Shown piece after piece: positions 1 to 8,233 of a stretch of 24,000 nt of DNA (the first letter of the stretch is position 1; each line of letters begins with the position of its first letter). A program made the translations under genes and the position numbers. Origin of the DNA: an uncultured Alphaproteobacteria bacterium (GTDB lineage: Bacteria > Pseudomonadota > Alphaproteobacteria > Sphingomonadales > Sphingomonadaceae); assembly GCA_963792555.1 (NCBI GenBank), contig CAWBWP010000004.1, positions 472,809 through 496,808 of the forward strand, in the 5' to 3' direction. Under the pieces are notes generated by a model, which was given only the letters and a program-made list of their open reading frames with translations, was not told the origin of the DNA and made no database searches.

Positions 1-111
1 GACGATGGTGTCGCCGGCCGGCGTGGCGGCGGGCAGCGTCGGGTCGGTCTGGGCGAGGGCAGGAACGGCAAGCGCGGCCGCAGCGCAGCCGGCAAGGTGG
101 AACAGCTTCAT
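1..111 (-). CDS. 5' end of a secreted protein, probably a TonB-dependent (BtuB-like) outer-membrane receptor. The gene continues past the left window edge.
   Basis: ATG at 111-109 on the minus strand. Translation MKLFHLAGCAAAALAVPALAQTDPTLPAATPAGDTIV shows a Sec signal peptide (ALA|Q) followed by a DTIV TonB-box-like motif. It lies directly downstream of a cobalamin riboswitch on the same strand. It is absent from the ORF track because it has no stop codon inside the window. Confidence 0.5.
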   Translation of the reverse strand, partial: MKLFHLAGCAAAALAVPALAQTDPTLPAATPAGDTIV

Positions 112-294
112 CGATGGTCATCCCGGGGCGGTCATGGCGACAGGACCGGGACACCGTCGACGACGGCCAGCCGCACGTCGGCAGCGGACACCCCAGGCGT
201 CGCCGGCGCACGACCGCAGCGGCCCCGGCCGCTCGGCTCGTCGCCCAACGAGATCGTCTCCGTCGCCGCGGCCAGTCCTTGAGCCACAGCACGA

Positions 295-478
295 GCGACA
301 CGCCCCGGTCGGTCTCCTGGCTCGCGGGTCGTCGCCGCGGTCTGCTCACCTTCCCAGGGTCACCCCCAGTGGCTGCCGGGCCGAAGCCCCGCGCGCATAC
401 CGCCGCTCACCGCTTACAGTTACAAGGATAGCGGCAGAATTGGGGACCGACCCCGCACTGCCTTCCCGGTACCGATGC
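295..478 (-). promoter_or_regulatory. Cobalamin (B12) riboswitch
   Basis: The minus strand reads ...GGTACCGGGAAGGCAGTG...CTTGTAACTGTAAGCGGTGAGC...GGCAGCCACTGGGGGTGACCCTGGGAAGGTGAGC...GCGAGCCAGGAGACCGACCGGGG. It contains the conserved GCCACTG (367-373), GGGAAGG, CAACTGTAA-like and B12-box AGCCAGGAGACC (about 307-322) elements in the canonical order. It sits about 190 nt upstream of the ATG at 111. Confidence 0.75.
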
Positions 479-676
479 GTCGACGCCATCCTAGCGCCGA
501 TCCGCGGCGCACGGAAGTCGTAGCGGCGGCGAAGGTAACGATGGCGGGATGCGGCCGAGGCGGCGCGACGAGAACCGCGGGACAGGCGCCTGCGCCTAAA
601 CGCCGTGCTCGGCGCCGGCGCTCACCTAACGCGGGGGGGAACGATCGCGACGCCGCTCCGTCCCGGGTGCGTGCCG

Positions 677-925
677 CTACCGATGCGCCGGCGCGGGGCC
701 GGAATGCTGATAGGTTGTCGTCTGCTGCGCGGCGGCGGCCCGGCGCTTGGCCATGACCGCGCGGTGGTGCCCGTACCAGCAGCCCGCGGCCGCGCCCAGC
801 ACCGCGTGATGGCCGGCGAAATGGCCGGCCGTCCCGCCCACCGCCGCGCCCGTCAGGCAGCCGGCGGTGGCGGGAACAGTCGTCGCGGCGAGCGCGAGTG
901 CCGCAGTGGCAGCAAGGATCTTCAT
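677..925 (-). CDS. Small secreted or lipoprotein-like Gly/His-rich glycine-zipper protein (82 aa)
   Basis: ATG at 925 is preceded by GGAGA with a 7-nt spacer. The N-terminal signal peptide MKILAATAALALAATTVPATAGC is followed by GxxxG-type repeats (GAAVGGTAGHFAGHHAVLGAAAG) and 6 His residues. Confidence 0.55.
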   Translation of the reverse strand: MKILAATAALALAATTVPATAGCLTGAAVGGTAGHFAGHHAVLGAAAGCWYGHHRAVMAKRRAAAAQQTTTYQHSGPAPAHR

Positions 926-979
926 GGGAATATCTCCAAACCTGGGCGCTTGAAACGCCCGGTCACCGTTTCGGCTCCC

Positions 980-1753
980 CTAGGCCATCCGTCCGGGTAC
1001 CGTCGGATGCGAGCTCGACAGGCCGCCGTCGACGGCGATCGCCTGGCCGTTGATGTAGCTCGCCGCGTCGGACGCGAGGAACAGCGCGACCTCGGCGATC
1101 TCCTCCGGTCCCGCGGCGCGCTTCAGCGGATTCAGCTGGCCGAGCTTGTGCTCGGTGCCGCGCGCGCGGGCACCGTCGAACCACGCCTGCGTCATGCCGG
1201 TCTCGGTCAGGCCGGGGCAGACGGCGTTGACGCGTACGCCGCTGCCGGCAAGCTGGTTTGCTGCGGTCGCGGCGAGGCTGATGACGCCGGCCTTGGACGC
1301 GCTGTACGGCACACCGCCGGCACCCGAGCGAATGCCGGCGACCGACGCGGTGGCGACGATCGACCCGCGGCCCTGCGGCACCATCACCCGCGCCGCCGCC
1401 TGCACGGTCAGGAACACGCCGATCAGATTGACGCGGAGCACGCGCTCCCACTCCTCGACGGTCAGGTCGAGGAGCGACGACAGCCCGCCGCCGACGCCGG
1501 CGTTGGCGAAGGCGAAGTCGAGCGATCCGTGGGCGGCCGCGGCGGCGACGGCGCGGTCGATGTCGGCCTTGTCGCCGGCGTCGCCCGTTATCGCCGTGAT
1601 CCGGTCGTGGCCATGGGCGGTGTCGCGAACCGCCTCGCTACGGTCGAAGGCGACGACCGTGCCGCCGCGCAGGGCATAGAGCTGCGCCGCCGCCCGGCCG
1701 ATGCCGCTCGCCGCGCCGGTGATCAGCGCGACTTTGCCGGTAAAATCCGTCAT
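980..1753 (-). CDS. SDR-family (short-chain dehydrogenase/reductase) oxidoreductase
   Basis: Contains the TGAASGIG Rossmann motif and the YSASK catalytic YxxxK motif. I place the start at the internal ATG at 1753 (MTDFTGKVALITGAAS), because the 79 codons upstream in the tracked ORF are Arg/Ser-rich junk that overlaps the upstream gene. Confidence 0.9.
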   Translation of the reverse strand: MTDFTGKVALITGAASGIGRAAAQLYALRGGTVVAFDRSEAVRDTAHGHDRITAITGDAGDKADIDRAVAAAAAHGSLDFAFANAGVGGGLSSLLDLTVEEWERVLRVNLIGVFLTVQAAARVMVPQGRGSIVATASVAGIRSGAGGVPYSASKAGVISLAATAANQLAGSGVRVNAVCPGLTETGMTQAWFDGARARGTEHKLGQLNPLKRAAGPEEIAEVALFLASDAASYINGQAIAVDGGLSSSHPTVPGRMA

Positions 1754-1757
1754 CGCA

Positions 1758-2639
1758 TCACTCCCCAAGAGGTTGCCGGCCAAGAAATTGCCGCACGGTC
1801 GCGACGAAGTCGGCCGTACGGTCGTGGTGAACCCAGTGGCCGGCGCGCTCGAACAGCTCGACGCAGGCGTGCTGGAACGCTGCCAGTCGCCCGTCGGCCG
1901 CCGGGTTGGAAGCCCAGCTCTCGGCTCCATAGACGAGCAGCGTCGGCGCGGTGATGCGGCCCCACAGCGCCTCGACCTCGCCGTAGCCAAGATCGACCGG
2001 CGACCAGCTCCGCGTATAATTGTCGAACTTCCAGCTGAAGCTGCCGTCCTCGTTCTGCAGCACGCCGTGGATCGTCAGATGCCGCGCCTGCGCCTCCGTC
2101 AGGCGGGTGTTCTCGGCCATCATCCGTGCCAGCGCGGCGTCGATCGTCGGATAGCGCTTGGGCAGGCGTCCGGCGAGGCCGCGGACTTCGTCGATCCACT
2201 GCCGCACGCGCGCGTCCGCCGGCACCGCCTCGCGCTCCGCCCGCCATTTCGGGGACGGCCCCAGCCCCTCGATGGCGACGATCTTCGCCACCTGCTCGGG
2301 GTACAGGCCGGCAAAGCGCAGCGCGATGTTGCCGCCCAGCGAGTGCGCGACCAGCGTGACGGGGGCCAGCGCCAGACTGTGGACCAGCTGGGCGAGGTCG
2401 TAGACGAAAGCCGCCATGCCGTACTGGCCGTCGCTCGACCACTGGCTGTCGCCGTGGCCGCGGAGGTCGGGGGCGATCACGTGCCAGTCGCGGGCGAGAT
2501 CCTCGGCCACCCAGTCCCAGTTGCGGCAATGATCGCGCCCGCCGTGGACGAGGACCAGCGGCGGCGCGGCCGGATCGCCCCAGTCGACATAGTGCAGCCG
2601 CAGCCGCTGGGCGATGAAGTGGTGCGACGTCGGGGCCAT
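1758..2639 (-). CDS. Alpha/beta-fold hydrolase
   Basis: 293 aa. Contains the HGG oxyanion motif (LVLVHGGRDH), the nucleophile elbow AHSLGG and a C-terminal His (AGHWVHHD). Its stop is 4 nt from the SDR start, so the two are probably in one operon. Confidence 0.9.
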   Translation of the reverse strand: MAPTSHHFIAQRLRLHYVDWGDPAAPPLVLVHGGRDHCRNWDWVAEDLARDWHVIAPDLRGHGDSQWSSDGQYGMAAFVYDLAQLVHSLALAPVTLVAHSLGGNIALRFAGLYPEQVAKIVAIEGLGPSPKWRAEREAVPADARVRQWIDEVRGLAGRLPKRYPTIDAALARMMAENTRLTEAQARHLTIHGVLQNEDGSFSWKFDNYTRSWSPVDLGYGEVEALWGRITAPTLLVYGAESWASNPAADGRLAAFQHACVELFERAGHWVHHDRTADFVATVRQFLGRQPLGE

Positions 2640-2640
2640 G

Positions 2641-3058
2641 TCAGCGCTCGCCGTGCGCCGGCTGGCGGCTGGCCGGCCACGGCTCGCCGATGTCTTCGAG
2701 GATCAGGTCGACCGCCTCGACCTCGGCGCGCAGCGTCGGGCCGGCGGCGAAGGCGAGGGTCAGCGTCGGCGCGTCGCCGTCGAGGGTGATCGCGAGTAGG
2801 TCGAGGATCGCGTCGCCGTGCGGCCAGCCGCGCCGCTGCAGCCGGGTGACGCTTTCCAGCCGCAGCGCGGTGCGGACCCGCGTATGGTCGCCCGCTTCCC
2901 AGCGGAAGCGGTTGACCAGCAGCACCAGCCGCCGGGCGCGGGGTTCCCACGCGATGTCGGCGGCGTGGACGACGGCGTCCTGCACCAGCGTCGAGATCAG
3001 CGGCACCTCGACCGCTTCGTTGGCGAGCAGGAGCAGCCGCCCCGTCGGTTCGGCCGTG

Positions 3059-3066
<8 letters not shown>
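2641..3066 (-). CDS. DUF2948-like conserved alphaproteobacterial protein
   Basis: The sequence [33 protein letters not shown]...LLVNRFRWE matches my recollection of the DUF2948 family, which usually lies next to murA. The ATG at 3066 overlaps the murA stop (ATGGCTGA). Confidence 0.8.
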
Positions 3067-4339
<1,273 letters not shown>

Positions 4340-4355
4340 CGATCCGTCATAGCGG

Positions 4356-4384
4356 GGGGCGCGCCCGCGGCAAGGGCGCGCCCC
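4356..4384 (-). terminator. GC-only hairpin (11-bp perfect stem, 7-nt loop) just downstream of the PEP-CTERM metalloprotease-like gene
   Basis: GGGGCGCGCCC (4356-4366), loop gcggcaa, GGGCGCGCCCC (4374-4384). There is no U-tract on the minus strand, so function as an intrinsic terminator is uncertain. It lies 8 nt after the stop at 4392 and 17 nt upstream of the murA ATG. Confidence 0.45.
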
Positions 4385-4391
4385 GCCGCCG

Positions 4392-5207
4392 TCAGGCGAT
4401 CGCCCGCGCCGTCCGCCGCCGCAGCGCGCCGCCAACGCCGCCGAAGCCGGCGACGAACAGGGCCCACGTCGTCGGCTCGGGCAGCGCCTGGATCGAGTCG
4501 TTCCCGTCGTCGCCAACCGACAGCGCGTCGCCGACGCGGTAGCCGGGCCGCGTCTGCGGCAGCTGCGACGCGTCGACCTTCGCATAGATCGAGTTTAACG
4601 CCGCAAAGTCGGCGGCATCGGGCGCAAGGTTGGCCAAGGTCCCGTTGGCACCCCCATTGGTGCCGGTCGGATCGTTGGTGTAGTCCATGCAGGTACCGTT
4701 GTTGAGGTCGGTCTTGATCGTATCGTTGTGGGCAAGGCCCAGTGTGTGGCCGATTTCCTGACACGCCGTCATTGCCCGCCAGGCTGCTGTATTGAAGCTG
4801 CCGCTGGCGAAGTAATAATCGTTGAGCTTGACGGTCGCCTCAAGAATGACGGCACCACTAGTATAGACCGTGGCATAACCAAGCCAGCCGGTCTTGCCGT
4901 AGTTGGCGTCGCACACCTGTACCGTGCCGTATACCGGATTGCACGTCGAGGGTGCGCTCGTGCCGGCCACCTGCACGAAGTCGATGTTGTTTGCTGATGT
5001 CCACTGCGTTGCGGCTGTGGAAACATAGTTCTTCCACGCGCTGCTGACGTTACTGCCCAGCTCGATCGCCAGTGGCCCGGTACGGTTCCAGTGATACCCA
5101 TTCCAAGATTGCGTCGGCACTGCATAGGCAGTGGACGATGCAGTAACGGTCGCAGTGATTAAGGCACGCGCCAACATCCGGCGTGCGCCGGTCCCATTAA
5201 AGATCAT
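4392..5207 (-). CDS. Secreted metzincin-like protein with a variant QExxHxxGxxH motif and a PEPxxWA-CTERM (exosortase) sorting domain
   Basis: ATG at 5207 is preceded by GGTGGAGA with a 5-nt spacer. The signal peptide is [29 protein letters not shown]|VP. The core block is [17 protein letters not shown]...GTCMDYT, and the C-terminus is [24 protein letters not shown]. Confidence 0.85.
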   Translation of the reverse strand: MIFNGTGARRMLARALITATVTASSTAYAVPTQSWNGYHWNRTGPLAIELGSNVSSAWKNYVSTAATQWTSANNIDFVQVAGTSAPSTCNPVYGTVQVCDANYGKTGWLGYATVYTSGAVILEATVKLNDYYFASGSFNTAAWRAMTACQEIGHTLGLAHNDTIKTDLNNGTCMDYTNDPTGTNGGANGTLANLAPDAADFAALNSIYAKVDASQLPQTRPGYRVGDALSVGDDGNDSIQALPEPTTWALFVAGFGGVGGALRRRTARAIA

Positions 5208-5263
5208 GAAAATCTCCACCCGCTCGCGAACTACCGACCCCACGCCGGACTGCTCTATCCCCA

Positions 5264-5281
5264 AAGCAGCGTTCGCTGCTT
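5264..5281. repeat. Perfect 18-bp palindrome AAGCAGCG-TT-CGCTGCTT in the leader/operator region of the metalloprotease-like gene
   Basis: Read directly from the sequence. It lies 57-74 nt upstream of the ATG at 5207. Its function is unknown. Confidence 0.5.
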
Positions 5282-5532
5282 GTCTGTGACGTCTCTCGAT
5301 TAACAAATAACGTCGCGACAGGAAGAATCTCGCACTATTCGATCAAACGAGCGCACGATCCGACCAAGTGATCATCTGTCCTTCGTTGCGCATACGAAAC
5401 AAAAGCAATTGTTGCCCGGGTTTTTTTGCACGATCCGGGAACTTTCGGCTCCTGCCGCCAAACGTCGGCAGAAGTTACATTCCGTCCCCGTTACGACCAG
5501 GCAAGACGTTGTTATTCTGCGATTAACGGAAT

Positions 5533-5548
5533 TGGCACGCTTGTTGCT
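5533..5548 (+). promoter_or_regulatory. Putative sigma-54 (RpoN) -24/-12 promoter
   Basis: TGGCACGCTTGTTGCT matches TGGCAC-N5-TTGCW, with GG and GC at the correct 10-nt spacing. It lies 76 nt upstream of the ATG at 5624 on the same strand. Confidence 0.6.
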
Positions 5549-5623
5549 GATATCTTGATATGGCCGAGTGCTGGTCATGCCCTGTGGGGGGGGTTTTAGT
5601 CTCTCACCGAAGGATTGTTGTTT

Positions 5624-6298
5624 ATGCTCAAGACCTTGCTTCCCGCCTTCGCCTTGCTCGCCGCCGCCGGCAGTGCTCAGGCGCTCACCTACACCAGCGT
5701 CGCCGGTGCCCCGGATCCGGGCGTCAGCGGGAACTCGCAGGTGTTCGTCACCTTCGACGCGCCCGTTGCGGACACCGGCTTCACGCTGACCGGCAACTAT
5801 GCGATCACCAGCGGCACTACGAGCGCTTCTGCGGCCCCCGCGGGCGACGCGACGAACTACCTGTATGTCTCGTCGGCGCTGCCCGGCAACACGGCCACCC
5901 TGAGCTCGCCGTTTGGTCTGAAGTCGATCGGCTTCTACTGGGGCTCGGTCGACACGTACAACAGCGTCGACGTGCTCGGCTCGAAGAACGGCGGGGCGAC
6001 GACCACGCTGTACACGCTGTCGGGATCGTCGCTGCCGATGGCGAACGGTGACCAGCAGTCGCCGATGACCAACCGCCGCGTCACGTTCGTCGCTGGCGGC
6101 GGCGAGGCGATCACCGGCCTGCGCTTCACCTCGACGGGCATCGCCTACGAAGTCGACGACGTCGCCGGCAGCCTGCTGCCCAGCGGCAGCCCGTCGGCGG
6201 TTCCCGAGCCGGCCTCGTGGGCGCTCCTGCTCGCCGGCTTCGGCGTCGTCGGTGCCGCTTCGCGTCGCCGCCGCAACGGGCTTCAGGTCGCCGCCTGA
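5624..6298 (+). CDS. PEPxxWA-CTERM sorting-domain surface protein
   Basis: ATG at 5624 is preceded by GAAGGA with a 9-nt spacer; the tracked TTG at 5615 is less likely. The signal peptide is MLKTLLPAFALLAAAGSAQA|L. The body is Ser/Thr/Gly-rich and contains GFYWGSVDTYNS. The C-terminus is VPEPASWALLLAGFGVVGAASRRRR. Confidence 0.9.
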   Translation: MLKTLLPAFALLAAAGSAQALTYTSVAGAPDPGVSGNSQVFVTFDAPVADTGFTLTGNYAITSGTTSASAAPAGDATNYLYVSSALPGNTATLSSPFGLKSIGFYWGSVDTYNSVDVLGSKNGGATTTLYTLSGSSLPMANGDQQSPMTNRRVTFVAGGGEAITGLRFTSTGIAYEVDDVAGSLLPSGSPSAVPEPASWALLLAGFGVVGAASRRRRNGLQVAA

Positions 6299-6309
6299 GC
6301 CATGGACAC

Positions 6310-6346
6310 GGGCCGGCCGGGCATCTGCCTGGCCGGCCCTTTTCTT
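6310..6346 (+). terminator. Rho-independent terminator of the PEP-CTERM gene
   Basis: GGGCCGGCC (6310-6318) pairs with GGCCGGCCC (6331-6339). An inner GGC/GCC pairing and an atct loop extend the stem. It is followed by TTTTCTT (6340-6346). Confidence 0.75.
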
Positions 6347-7034
6347 ATGCCAGGACGCCCAGACCCGTCAGCCAGGCGCGCGCCACCGCCGCGCCGGTGA
6401 AGACGTGGCCAACCAGTCCCGCGGCATCGGCCGCCACGACATTATCCGCGCGGTCGTCGATGAACGCGCCCTCGCCGCGGCCGAGACCGAAGCGACTCAG
6501 CGCCAGCGCGTAGATTTCCGGCGCAGGCTTGATGAAGCCGACCTCGCCCGAGACGACGATCCCGGCGAACCGGTCGAACAGCCGGATGCCCGGTCGCCAC
6601 GTCGCCCAGAACTCCGCGCTGTAATTGGTGATCGCGAACAGCGGCACGCCCGCCGCGTCGAGATCGGCGACGAGGTCGGGCATGCCGGCGATCGGTCCGG
6701 GCAGCGTCTCGTTCCACCGCTCGGCCAGGGCGCGGATGCGCGCCGCCTGACCCGGAAAGCGGGCGATCAGCTCGGCCGAGGTCTCGGCGAAGGGCCGCCC
6801 CGCATCATGCTGGAAGTGCCATGCGTGCGTGACGACATGGCTCAGGAACCAGTCGAGCTCGGCCGGATCGGCGATGATCTTTTCGTAAAGGTAGCGCGGG
6901 TCCCACTCGAACAGGACATGGCCGACGTCGAAGACGACGGCGCGCGGCCGCGAGATCAGCCCTGGCGCGCCTTGAACCGGCGGTTGGTCTTGTTGATGAC
7001 GTAGGTCCGACCGCGGCGGCGCACGATCTGGCAA
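6345..7034 (-). CDS. HAD-superfamily hydrolase (YihX-like subfamily IA); start codon uncertain
   Basis: HAD motif I is [10 protein letters not shown], and the motifs FAITNYS, GxxKP ([10 protein letters not shown]) and FIDD are also present. The only canonical start upstream of the catalytic Asp is the TTG at 7034, which would overlap rpmJ by 79 nt. An alternative is the CTG at 6959, which overlaps the rpmJ stop as CTGA. Confidence 0.8.
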   Translation of the reverse strand: MPDRAPPRSDLRHQQDQPPVQGAPGLISRPRAVVFDVGHVLFEWDPRYLYEKIIADPAELDWFLSHVVTHAWHFQHDAGRPFAETSAELIARFPGQAARIRALAERWNETLPGPIAGMPDLVADLDAAGVPLFAITNYSAEFWATWRPGIRLFDRFAGIVVSGEVGFIKPAPEIYALALSRFGLGRGEGAFIDDRADNVVAADAAGLVGHVFTGAAVARAWLTGLGVLA

Positions 7035-7081
7035 TCGCGGTGACGCGCCTTCAGCGACTTGAGCGAGTTACGGACCTTCAT
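6956..7081 (-). CDS. rpmJ: 50S ribosomal protein L36
   Basis: The 41-aa sequence [41 protein letters not shown] is a full-length L36. The start is the internal ATG at 7081 of the tracked 80-aa ORF. Confidence 0.95.
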   Translation of the reverse strand: MKVRNSLKSLKARHRDCQIVRRRGRTYVINKTNRRFKARQG

Positions 7082-7155
7082 CGGACTTCCAAGCGAATGC
7101 GGGGGGCAATAAAGCGAGCGCGCGGGGTACGCGGGCGGGCCTGCGAAGTCAAGGC

Positions 7156-8187
7156 TCAGGTCGGGCGCAGACCGCGCTCGTCGAGCTGGCGCTCCCACTC
7201 CAGCGCGTGCGCGACGATCGTCTCCAGCCGGTCGTAGCGCGGCGTCCAGTCGAGCAGCCCGCGGATGCGGTCGGTCGCCGCCACCAGCGTCGCCGGATCG
7301 CCGGCCCGGCGCGGCGCGACCGTCCGCGTCAGCTTGGCATTGGTCACGCGGTCGACCGCATCGAGGACCTCCAGCACCGAGAAGCCGCGACTGTACCCGC
7401 AGTTGGCGGTGAACGACTGCCCGGGGTGCGCCTCGAGCCAGTCGAGCGCGGCAACATGCGCCGCAGCAAGGTCGGTGACGTGGATATAGTCGCGGACACC
7501 AGTGCCGTCGGGCGTGTCATAGTCGGTACCGTAGATCATGACCTCGCGCCGAAGGCCTCGCGCGGCCTCGGCGGCGACGTGGATCAGGTGGGTCGCGCCC
7601 TTGGTCGACTGCCCGCTGCGCGCCTGCGGGTCGGCCCCGGCGACGTTGAAGTAGCGGAGGATGCCATGGCTCAACGAGTGCGCGTGAGCGACGTCGGCGA
7701 GCATCGTCTCGGTCATCAGCTTGCTGTTGCCGTACGGGTTGATCGGCGCCTTGCGCGCGTCTTCGGGCACGGGAACCAGCTCGGGGGTGCCGTAGACGGC
7801 CGCGGTCGAGGAGAAGACGAAGCGCGGGACGGCGTTCCGCACCGCCGATTCGATCAGGCTGCGGCTGGCGACAACGTTGTTGCGGTAGTAGTCGAGCGGC
7901 TTCGTGACCGATTCGGGCACCAGCAGCGAGCCGGCGAAGTGGAGGATGGCGGTGACGTTCTGCTCGGCGGCGATGCGGTCGATCAGCGCGCCATCGGCGA
8001 CGTCGCCGTGGTAGAACGGCACGTCGTCCGGTACCGCCCAGCGGAAGCCGGTGGCCAGCGTGTCGATCACGGCCACCGCGCGCCCGGCGTCGCGCAGGGC
8101 CAGCACAGCGTTGCTGCCGATATAGCCCGCGCCACCGGTGACGAGGACGGTTCCGGCGACGGTTCCGGCGGACGAGGCGGGGGACAT
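7156..8187 (-). CDS. galE: UDP-glucose 4-epimerase
   Basis: 343 aa from the ATG at 8187, with GGAG 6 nt upstream. Contains [12 protein letters not shown], the catalytic YGNSK motif and a GalE-like C-terminal half. Confidence 0.93.
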   Translation of the reverse strand: MSPASSAGTVAGTVLVTGGAGYIGSNAVLALRDAGRAVAVIDTLATGFRWAVPDDVPFYHGDVADGALIDRIAAEQNVTAILHFAGSLLVPESVTKPLDYYRNNVVASRSLIESAVRNAVPRFVFSSTAAVYGTPELVPVPEDARKAPINPYGNSKLMTETMLADVAHAHSLSHGILRYFNVAGADPQARSGQSTKGATHLIHVAAEAARGLRREVMIYGTDYDTPDGTGVRDYIHVTDLAAAHVAALDWLEAHPGQSFTANCGYSRGFSVLEVLDAVDRVTNAKLTRTVAPRRAGDPATLVAATDRIRGLLDWTPRYDRLETIVAHALEWERQLDERGLRPT

Positions 8188-8233
8188 TGCTAACTCCGGG
8201 CGTATCGGTGCATCGAAAGGCGGCACCTGGGCG

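Noticed and set aside
5-523. Plus-strand ORFs of 172, 61 and 105 aa at the left edge
   Set aside because: The region is better explained by a minus-strand cobalamin riboswitch plus the 5' end of a receptor gene. The ORF products are Arg/Pro-rich and lack an RBS.
605-1954. 449-aa plus-strand ORF, and similar ORFs at 1701-2789 and 2690-3724
   Set aside because: They are antisense to the SDR, hydrolase, DUF2948-like and murA genes, all of which have clear family motifs. Their compositions are junk-like.
5411-5440. CCCGGG followed by T7, which looks like a terminator
   Set aside because: No stem-loop with a real loop precedes the T-run. Only the self-complementary CCCGGG and a 4-bp GCAA/TTGC pairing are present, so it is not a credible intrinsic terminator.
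5372-5578. 68-aa minus-strand ORF inside the AT-richer divergent control region
   Set aside because: It has no RBS and no recognisable motif. It overlaps the predicted sigma-54 promoter and inverted repeats, so it is more likely non-coding regulatory DNA. It cannot be formally excluded without expression data.
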